Below, piece after piece: positions 25,140 through 32,000 of a stretch of 32,000 nucleotides of DNA. The DNA is taken from NCBI RefSeq assembly GCF_000527175.1, contig NZ_AZUR01000001.1, positions 2,170,921 through 2,202,920 on the forward strand, read 5' to 3'. This DNA comes from Pseudogulbenkiania sp. MAI-1. GTDB taxonomy: Bacteria; Pseudomonadota; Gammaproteobacteria; Burkholderiales; Chromobacteriaceae. The translations under genes were made by a program, and so were the position numbers. Every line of letters starts with the position of its first letter. Position 1 is the stretch's first letter. The notes under the pieces were generated by a model, which saw nothing but the letters and a program-made list of their open reading frames with translations, ran no database searches and was not told the origin of the DNA.

Positions 25140-25982
25140 TCAACCGAGCGGCCAGGCGGAAGACAGCAGCCCATCCTGCTCGCCGCGATTCAATCCGGCC
25201 CGGCAGACCAGCCGGCAGAAAAACGACAGCACACCCCCTTCCTTCTCGCCTCCGCCATCGTTCCGCAGAGCCGGCAGCAGTGGCACCGCTTCCTCGAAGC
25301 GGACCTTGGCGGAATCGGCCACCGTGCCCGGCACCGCCACCGAAATCACATGGCACGGTTCCAGCCGCAAAGACACCCTCTGCCAGCCACTGTTCTCACC
25401 GGCCAGGGGTGAAGAAACCCCGCCATCGAGGGCAAGACAGCTCAACGGCCGTTCGAAGCCCTGCCCCGTTGCTTTCGCCACCGCCTCCTTGATGGTCCAG
25501 AGACGCAGCAGGCTCTCGGCCTGGCTGGCAGCGGGCAGTGCGCGCAAGGCCTGCATCTCGCCCGGCGCGCAGACCTGTGCCGCCACACCGAGCGGGTCTG
25601 GCCCGAGATGGCGCAGGCTTTCGACATCGGCCCCGACCTCGCCGCTTCGGCTGACCGCACAAAGCGCCAGCCCGTCCGCATGCGCCAGGCTGACGTGCAA
25701 CGGACAGGCGGACTCCGGCGCTACCGCCATCAGCCGCCCTCCAGGAGCGACTCTGAAATGCAACTGGTGCGGATCGGTGCCGGTCAACTCCGCCAGCATC
25801 GTCCGCACCAGTGCATGCGCGGCCAGATAGTCGCGTCGGGCTTCTGCCGGGTGACAGCGCACGTGGATCTCGCGCTCGTCGCTATCCAGCAACTCCAGCG
25901 CCTGCGCCGCGACGGCGGCATCCTCGAACGCCGCCGTGCGGACAAAGCGCACCAGGACGTCATACGGTGGCACGGCACGCAT
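25140..25982 (-). CDS. Sfp-type 4'-phosphopantetheinyl transferase
   Basis: Motifs are HVSLAHADG, GADVES and LWTIKEAVAKATGQG. The start is ATG 25982, or 26006 as in the track. Either one overlaps the 3' end of the upstream NRPS-like gene. Confidence 0.8.
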   Translation of the reverse strand: MRAVPPYDVLVRFVRTAAFEDAAVAAQALELLDSDEREIHVRCHPAEARRDYLAAHALVRTMLAELTGTDPHQLHFRVAPGGRLMAVAPESACPLHVSLAHADGLALCAVSRSGEVGADVESLRHLGPDPLGVAAQVCAPGEMQALRALPAASQAESLLRLWTIKEAVAKATGQGFERPLSCLALDGGVSSPLAGENSGWQRVSLRLEPCHVISVAVPGTVADSAKVRFEEAVPLLPALRNDGGGEKEGGVLSFFCRLVCRAGLNRGEQDGLLSSAWPLG

Positions 25983-28900
25983 GCTCCACCTCCTTTCGCT
26001 GATCAAGCCGGCTGCCGCGCCACGCTGCCGGAATCCCCGTCCAGGCAGTACCGGCAGGCAGCGTTTCGCCTTTCATTAGCAACGACAGCGCATCGAGCCG
26101 CGCGCCCTCTTCCATGACAGAGTCGTACAGCACAACCGAGTAGGCGCCCACCTCGGCGTCCGCGCCGACGTGCAGCGTGGAGGCCTTCAGCATCCGGTCT
26201 TCGAACAAGTGGGTCTGCATCACGCAGCTGTCGTTCAAGACGACGCGGTCGCCCAGGTTGACCAGATCGAACTCGAGAAAACCGGTGGTCGAGAGATAGA
26301 CGCGCCGGCCGATATGCACCCCGAGCAGGCGCAGATACCAGGGCAGCAAGGGCGTACCGCGCAGCGCCGCCAGCATCAGCGGCGTCGCCAGGAACTCGTA
26401 CAAGGCGTTGACCAGTTCCAGCCGCCAGACGAACAGGCTCCACAGCGGGTGCACGAACGGCCGGAAGCGTCCCATGATGCACCACTTCGCCAGCACCACC
26501 ATGCTAACCACCACGGCGCAGCAGGCCATGTAGACGAGCGGCAGCCACAGCAGCGCCACGGCCAGACCAACACTGTCGCGCAGCTGCATCATGGAAATGA
26601 CGACGCTGGCGGTGACGAGGATGAAGCCAGCCGGCGGCAACGTCACGCGCAGTATCTCGAAGCTGCCGCGCGCCCAGCGCAGCCAGGTCGGCGGATTATA
26701 CGTCCGCTGCTCGGTGAAGCCGGCACTCGGCTCACGCCGCGGCAAACGCAGCGGCGGAGAACCCAACCACGAGGCCCCGGTCTGGGCCGCCAGTTCCGGC
26801 GTCGGCGGGGAGATCGACAGCACGCCGACCAGCGAGTTGTCGCCCAGGGCCACGCCGCCCGGCACCACCGCGCTGTTGCCGATGAACACGCGCTGACCCA
26901 GGTGGGTGCGCCCCAGCGAGATCCAGCCGCCCTCGATGTGCGGCGGGCCGAGCGACACCTCGTCCGCGACAGTGCTGCCGTCGTCGAGCTGCAGCAAGTC
27001 GGGCATCGTCGAGCTGGCCGTCGACAGTTCGACCAGACGGCCGATCTTCGCGCCCAGCGCCCGGTACCACGGCGCCACGTAGAGCGTGGCGTGCAGCGGG
27101 CCGATCAGGCCGAGGCTCATCGCCATCAATTGATCGATGATCCAGTGCCGCAGATAAAAGCCGCTGTACAGCGGGTAACTGGCAGGCCGCACGCGGCCAA
27201 GCAGCAGCCACTTGAGGATGACCACTTCGGTGGTCAGCAGCAGCACGAAGGAAGCGCCGACCAGTGGTGTCGCCGCCAGATAACGAAATGGCTGTTCGAA
27301 GAGATCGATCGTGGTCAGGATCGCCATGCCCGGCACGATGGCGGCAAACATGACGAACGGCAAGATCAACACCAGCAGGCCGTAGAGCGCCAGCATCGCA
27401 GCGCGCTGCCGGCGGCGGCAGGCCGGCACCCGCCCCGGCACAGCCGGCGGATGCTCGTCCCGATGGGCAGGGGAGCCGGTCCAGGTCTCGCCCGCCGGGA
27501 TGCGTCCACCAAGAGGAAGCAGCGACAGGTCCGTCAGGCGGGAGCCATCCTCCATCACGGTGTGCTCGCGCAACACGGCGCGCGAACCGACGAAACAGCG
27601 GCGGCCGACGTTCACCGGCCCGATCACCAGTTCGTCGTCCTCGACCGTATAGCCGAGCAGCGAGGCATGGTCGTCGATGCTGGTGCCGTCCCCGATCGAG
27701 ATCAGGTCGAAGGCGGCCAGCTCGTCGCTACCAAGGTAGACGTCGCGCCCGATGCGGACCCCCAGCAGGCGGTACACCAGCGGCAGCAAGGGGGAGCCGG
27801 CAAGATGGTTGAGCGGCACCGCCCCGATCAGTCCGTGAGCGAACCACCAGCGCAGGTAGTAGCCGCCCCACAAGCGGTGACGGCCGGGGCGAATCCGTCC
27901 CAGCAGCAGCCACTTGGCGGCGATGGCGATAACGAGCAGCGCCGGGAACATCGCCACCACCGCAACGGCGGCCCAGGCTATCGACTCCGCTAGCGAATAG
28001 CCGTCCTCTTGCAGGAAGAAATACACCAGGTAAGGCGTCGCCCATTGCAGGGCACCGAAGGCAAAGTGGAAATACAGGCCGCCGCTCTGGAGCACGCCCG
28101 CCAGGAAGTGCCGCATTCCGGCCCCGGCATCCGAGCCGGGAGGCGGGGCCGTCTCGCCCAAGGTCAGCGTCTCGGTGGCGGACTCGTCGAGCATGGCGGC
28201 CAGCGAAGCAATGGTCGGATGGTGGTAGATGTCGGCCACCGAGACGTGAGCGAAGCGCGGTTCCTTGCGCAATGCCGACACCGCCCGCGCCGCCAGCAGC
28301 GAGTGGCCGCCCAGATCGAGGAAGAAGTCGTCGTCGACGCCGACCGGCTGGGGCCGGAACAGGCTTTCCCACACCACGGCCAGATATCGTTCGGTGCCGC
28401 TCTGCGGCCGCCCCGTCGCGGCGGCCAGAGGCTGGGCGCGCGGCTGCGGCGGCGGCAGGGCTGAACGATCGAGCTTACCGCTGGGCTGGCGCGGCAGCTC
28501 ATCCAGCGTCTCGATCAACGACGGTACCATGTAGGCGGGCAACTGCTGCCTCAGCGCACAGCGCAAGCCGGCTTCGTCGACCTGACACTCCATGCCGGGC
28601 ACCACGTAGCCGACCAGATGCTGGAGGCCCGGCTCGTCTTCACGTACCGCGCATGCTGCCGCGGTGATGCCATCGATTTGCAGCAACGCCGATTCGATCT
28701 CGCTCAACTCGACGCGAAAACCGCGCAGCTTGACCTGGGCATCGGCCCGGCCATGGTATTCGAGCTCGCCGTTATCGTCGAAGCGGCCCAGATCGCCGGT
28801 GCGGTACAGCTTGGCGCCAGTGCCTGCCGGGGCGAACGGGTCCGCCACGAAACGCGATGCGGTTTCGTGGGCCAGCCCGACGTAACCGCGCGCCACCCCC

Positions 28901-30027
28901 GCGCCCCCGATGCAGATCTCGCCCACCTCCCCGTGCGGCACCGGCCGCATGGCCTCGTCGAGCAGGTGCACGCGATAGCCCGGCAGCGGGCTGCCGATCA
29001 CCACCGGCTGTCCCGGCTGCAGATCGGCGCAGGTCGCGATGACCGTCGCCTCGGTCGGGCCGTAGGTATTCACCAGCCGCCGGCCGGGCCCGGCCCAGCG
29101 TTCCACCAGTTCCCGTGGGCACGCCTCGCCGCCCAGGATGAGCAGGCGCAGTGTCGGAACGTCCTCGGCGAGCATGGCCAGCAAGGTCGGCACGCACGAC
29201 AGCACGGTCACCCGGTGCTCACAGAGAAAGCCGGCCAGATCCGGGCCACCACAGGCCATCTCGGGAGGCGCACAGACCAGGGTGGCGCCGGCAAAGAATG
29301 CCAGCCACACCTCCTCGACCGACAGGTCGAAGCACAGCGAGGCGCCCTGGTAGACCCGGTCCCGCTGGTGAACCGAGAAGAGGCGCCCCTCGGCGCACAC
29401 CAGGTGCACGGCGTTGCGATGCTCGATCATCACGCCCTTGGGGCGGCCCGTCGAACCCGAGGTGTAGATGATGTAGCACAGGTCGTGCGACTCCACACCG
29501 ACCGTAGTGGCCGGCAGCCGCATCGGACTCTGCGCGGCGATCGCGGCACGCTCGGTATCGATCCGCAGCACGGCGCCATCGAACGCGCCGCACCGTGACG
29601 CCAATGCCGCTATGGTCAACAGGATGTCGGCAGACGAATCGCGCAGGATGTACAAGACCCGCTCGGCCGGATAAGCGGGGTCGAGCGGCACGTAGGCCGC
29701 CCCGGCCTTGAGGATGGCGAGCAGGGCGACATAGGCGTCCACGGAACGGGGCAGCAGCATCGCCACGCGCGAGCCGCGCCCGACGCCGTGGGCGCGCAGA
29801 TAGCGTGCCAGGCGGTTGGCGCGTCGCTCGAGGATGGCGTAACTGATGCGCTGATCGCCGGCAATCAGCGCGGTGGCGTCGGCACGATGGTCGGCCTGCC
29901 GTTCGAACAGTTCATGCAAGGCGGTGATGGAGGAGGTGCCCGTTGTATCGACACCATCAGGCCGGGTTTCAGAAGGGGTAACAGCGCGGGGAGGCGGGGT
30001 GGTCCGCAGAAGTTGTTTCAGCATCAT
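25960..30027 (-). CDS. Pls-type (epsilon-poly-L-lysine-synthetase-like) single-module NRPS: A domain, PCP, then three tandem [2 TM + soluble hexapeptide-like] units
   Basis: A-domain motifs are YIIYTSGSTGRPKGV, FDLSVEE, NTYGPTE, GEICIGGAGVARGY, YRTGDL and PSGKLDR. The PCP motif is FFLDLGGHSLLAARAV. The C-terminal half is a 3-fold internal repeat, each unit starting KW(L/C)(L/I)(L/M)GR(I/V/F)RP after two hydrophobic helices. No condensation or thioesterase domain is present. The start is ATG 30027 or 30024, after GGAGGA; the track start at 30129 is unlikely. Confidence 0.85.
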   Translation of the reverse strand: MMLKQLLRTTPPPRAVTPSETRPDGVDTTGTSSITALHELFERQADHRADATALIAGDQRISYAILERRANRLARYLRAHGVGRGSRVAMLLPRSVDAYVALLAILKAGAAYVPLDPAYPAERVLYILRDSSADILLTIAALASRCGAFDGAVLRIDTERAAIAAQSPMRLPATTVGVESHDLCYIIYTSGSTGRPKGVMIEHRNAVHLVCAEGRLFSVHQRDRVYQGASLCFDLSVEEVWLAFFAGATLVCAPPEMACGGPDLAGFLCEHRVTVLSCVPTLLAMLAEDVPTLRLLILGGEACPRELVERWAGPGRRLVNTYGPTEATVIATCADLQPGQPVVIGSPLPGYRVHLLDEAMRPVPHGEVGEICIGGAGVARGYVGLAHETASRFVADPFAPAGTGAKLYRTGDLGRFDDNGELEYHGRADAQVKLRGFRVELSEIESALLQIDGITAAACAVREDEPGLQHLVGYVVPGMECQVDEAGLRCALRQQLPAYMVPSLIETLDELPRQPSGKLDRSALPPPQPRAQPLAAATGRPQSGTERYLAVVWESLFRPQPVGVDDDFFLDLGGHSLLAARAVSALRKEPRFAHVSVADIYHHPTIASLAAMLDESATETLTLGETAPPPGSDAGAGMRHFLAGVLQSGGLYFHFAFGALQWATPYLVYFFLQEDGYSLAESIAWAAVAVVAMFPALLVIAIAAKWLLLGRIRPGRHRLWGGYYLRWWFAHGLIGAVPLNHLAGSPLLPLVYRLLGVRIGRDVYLGSDELAAFDLISIGDGTSIDDHASLLGYTVEDDELVIGPVNVGRRCFVGSRAVLREHTVMEDGSRLTDLSLLPLGGRIPAGETWTGSPAHRDEHPPAVPGRVPACRRRQRAAMLALYGLLVLILPFVMFAAIVPGMAILTTIDLFEQPFRYLAATPLVGASFVLLLTTEVVILKWLLLGRVRPASYPLYSGFYLRHWIIDQLMAMSLGLIGPLHATLYVAPWYRALGAKIGRLVELSTASSTMPDLLQLDDGSTVADEVSLGPPHIEGGWISLGRTHLGQRVFIGNSAVVPGGVALGDNSLVGVLSISPPTPELAAQTGASWLGSPPLRLPRREPSAGFTEQRTYNPPTWLRWARGSFEILRVTLPPAGFILVTASVVISMMQLRDSVGLAVALLWLPLVYMACCAVVVSMVVLAKWCIMGRFRPFVHPLWSLFVWRLELVNALYEFLATPLMLAALRGTPLLPWYLRLLGVHIGRRVYLSTTGFLEFDLVNLGDRVVLNDSCVMQTHLFEDRMLKASTLHVGADAEVGAYSVVLYDSVMEEGARLDALSLLMKGETLPAGTAWTGIPAAWRGSRLDQRKEVEHACRATV

Positions 30028-30608
30028 GCATCCTCCGTTAGCCGCCAGGGGAACGCGGCCACATATTGCACTCCCATGGGATACAAACCACGTGGAGGCA
30101 CGGATGGCTTCAAGAACGCCTGAAATCAAGAAGGCACGACGAAAGGCATAACGCCTGCCTGGGGCGGCGAATCATCAAGAATGAATAGGGACGGCGATGC
30201 CTGCATGCTCGGAAAAACCATGCGTTGCGGGCGTGGCCGCCTAGACGCCTGGCGTCCTGAAGCCGTTGGCTGACAGGGCTTCGGAAGCAGTCACCGTGAC
30301 AGCATGACCAATGGGTGCAGCCGACACGATGCACGAACTTAAAGAGACACGACAATCTGTTTGAAGTTCCTGTTACTGGTACCGTTGGCTGACAGCCAAA
30401 CGGGAATGGGCTAGCCTGCACTGTAGGCACCTGTCACCATGGCTGCTGTTTCCTATCACGTTCAAGCCTCGGCTTCTCGGTGCCTGCCAGCGAGAGTCTG
30501 CCGAAAACTGTCATCGTGGCGCGGCCACCGAATGGGCCGCGCATCGACACCCTGCCCTGCAGGGGGAGCGACTCTCTCCATCAGACACGGACCTTCATCA
30601 CGATTGCC

Positions 30609-32000
30609 ATGCCTGCTGCCCGCCGCTCTCAAGCACATCGCGCCAGACTGGATGCCCAGAACATCGGCAGGCTGACACCGGAGCAAGCCCTCACCAGCCT
30701 GCATACACGGCTGACCGGCCTGGATGAAGCCGAAGCGGCAAGACGGCACGCCGAGTATGGAGACAATACGGTCGAGCAAGTGACGGGCAAGCCGGTATGG
30801 CAGCATCTGCTGGAACAATTCGGTCATTTCTTTGCCCTCATCCTGTGGCTCGCTGCCGGTCTGGCCCTGCTGGCCCACGTGATGCAGGGCGACCCCGCCA
30901 TGGCAACCCTGGGTTTTGCGATCATCAGCGTGATCGTCATCAACGGGCTGTTCTCGTTCTGGCAGGAATACAAGGCGGAGCAGGCGCTGGCGGCATTGCG
31001 CGAGTTGCTGCCCCTGGAAGTCAAGGTCCGCCGTGATGGTCAGGTACACCAAATGCCGGCCAGTCGATTGGTGCCAGGAGACATCGTCTTGCTCACGGGC
31101 GGCGATGCCGTGCCGGCAGATTGCCGGGTGCTTTCCGCCTTCGGCTTGCGCGTCAACAATGCGATCCTGACCGGTGAATCCGTCGCCCAGTCGCACCATG
31201 CCGAGGCCGATCGCACCGCCGATGCCCAATCCGGCCGTAACTGTCTGTTCGCAGGCACCTCCGTAGTGGCCGGCGAGGCGACGGCGGCCGTCTATGCTAC
31301 CGGTATGCGCACTCGCTTCGGCCATGTCGCCCATCTCACCCAGGCGACCGAAGACACGACTTCCCCCCTGACACGCGAACTCGCACGGCTATCCCGCTGG
31401 GTGGCGGCATTCGCCACCTTGTTGGGGATCGTCTTCCTGACGATAGGCCTGGCCATCGGGCTTCCCTGGAATGACAACATGCTGTTTGCCATCGGCATCA
31501 TCGTGGCCAATGTCCCGGAAGGCCTTTTACCGACGGTGACGCTCTCGCTCGCCATGGCCACGCAGCGGATGGCCAAACGCAAGGCGCTGGTACGCCATCT
31601 GCCGGCGGTGGAAACCTTGAGCGCCGCCACCGTGATCGTGTCGGACAAGACCGGGACGCTGACCGAGAACCGCATGCGCGTGCTAAACGTGTATACACAA
31701 GGGCGTGAGTACGCCCCCGATGCCCCGGAACTGCCTCCCGTGATGAGAGACATCGCCGGCCAGTGCCACAGCCTGCTCGCTGGCGCCGCCGGCTGGATCG
31801 GCGACCCGATGGAAATCGCTCTCATGGAATTCGCCGGCCCCCATGCCGGGCAACGCAGGCCACGGCGCGCCGAGTTGCCGTTCGACAGCGAGCGCAAACG
31901 CATGGCGGTATTGCAGGAACAACCGGAGGGGTTACGCCTGTTCGTCAAGGGTGCCGCCGAGAGCGTGCTGCCACTGTGCCGCACGGCGCTGATGGCGGAG
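30609..32000 (+). CDS. P-type cation-transporting ATPase (type II/III-like, Mg2+/Ca2+/H+-family), 5' part (3' end off window)
   Basis: Hand translation from ATG 30609 gives MPAARRSQAHRARLDAQNIGRLTPEQALTSLHTRLTGLDEAEAARRHAEYGDNTVEQ...LTGESVAQ...NVPEGLLPTVTLSLA...VIVSDKTGTLTENRM.... It is not in the ORF track because the frame runs off the window without a stop. Confidence 0.85.
   Translation, partial: MPAARRSQAHRARLDAQNIGRLTPEQALTSLHTRLTGLDEAEAARRHAEYGDNTVEQVTGKPVWQHLLEQFGHFFALILWLAAGLALLAHVMQGDPAMATLGFAIISVIVINGLFSFWQEYKAEQALAALRELLPLEVKVRRDGQVHQMPASRLVPGDIVLLTGGDAVPADCRVLSAFGLRVNNAILTGESVAQSHHAEADRTADAQSGRNCLFAGTSVVAGEATAAVYATGMRTRFGHVAHLTQATEDTTSPLTRELARLSRWVAAFATLLGIVFLTIGLAIGLPWNDNMLFAIGIIVANVPEGLLPTVTLSLAMATQRMAKRKALVRHLPAVETLSAATVIVSDKTGTLTENRMRVLNVYTQGREYAPDAPELPPVMRDIAGQCHSLLAGAAGWIGDPMEIALMEFAGPHAGQRRPRRAELPFDSERKRMAVLQEQPEGLRLFVKGAAESVLPLCRTALMAE

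Noticed and set aside
26170-29598. Long plus-strand ORFs (26170-27993, 607 aa; 28618-29598, 326 aa; and smaller ones)
   Set aside because: They are antisense to the Pls-like NRPS gene, whose A/PCP motifs and 3-fold repeat are unambiguous. The products are Arg/Gln/His-rich shadow frames.
30028-30608. Lysine riboswitch upstream of the Pls-like gene, or Mg2+ (M-box/mgtA-leader) element upstream of the ATPase
   Set aside because: I could not match any consensus elements by eye. It is kept only as an open question in the findings, not as a feature.
30462-31984. Minus-strand ORFs (30462-31334, 290 aa; 31292-31984, 230 aa)
   Set aside because: They are antisense to the P-type ATPase. That reading frame has TGES, PEGL and DKTGT motifs but is missing from the track only because it has no stop inside the window.
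1-32000. CRISPR arrays, tRNA/rRNA genes, toxin-antitoxin or recognisable anti-phage defence operons
   Set aside because: No short regularly spaced direct repeats were seen, and no cloverleaf-like or rRNA-like segments. No nuclease, helicase or methylase-type gene pairs were found on either strand. The accessory content is the prophage, the IS and the biosynthetic loci described above.

Overview
GC-rich proteobacterial chromosomal window, probably from a betaproteobacterium (weak inference from gene content). No rRNA, tRNA or CRISPR array was seen. It divides into five parts. (1) 1-5123 (+) holds a pyruvate/acetoin-dehydrogenase-like E1beta and E2. A PNPOx-like flavoprotein gene sits between them. 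A free-standing acyl carrier protein follows, then a 931-aa carrier-domain/fatty-acyl-AMP-ligase/membrane/PlsC-acyltransferase fusion. This looks like a specialised lipid-building locus rather than a plain 2-oxoacid dehydrogenase operon. (2) 5193-7621 (-) is an overlapping pair: a PRPP-synthetase-like gene and a long-form 'putative thymidine phosphorylase / AMP-phosphorylase-like' gene. (3) 8284-15288 is a ~7 kb filamentous (inovirus-type) prophage with no integrase and no secretin. It is bounded by a near-consensus XerC/XerD dif site on the left and a dif-like site with a degenerate XerC arm on the right. It carries a replication initiator, major coat protein, small coat proteins, pIII-like and pVI-like proteins, a Zot/pI-like ATPase, and an XRE repressor with paired palindromic operators. 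Directly to its right is a diverged, truncated fragment of a second related phage, split by a complete IS21-family element (15520-17715, 5-bp target duplication). KOPS-like GGGNAGGG octamers switch strand around the dif site, which suggests the window spans the replication terminus. (4) 17807-25114 is housekeeping: a secreted hypothetical protein, typA/bipA, an acidic hypothetical protein, a quinone oxidoreductase, and ccoI-ccoS. (5) 25140-30027 (-) encodes a single-module NRPS-like enzyme (A domain, PCP, then three repeats of two TM helices plus a soluble hexapeptide-like domain). This is the architecture of epsilon-poly-L-lysine synthetase (Pls)-type homopoly-amino-acid synthetases. It overlaps an Sfp-type PPTase gene. 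A ~580-bp divergent intergenic region follows, then the 5' part of a P-type cation ATPase. Many long ORFs in the track are antisense shadows typical of high-GC DNA and were rejected.
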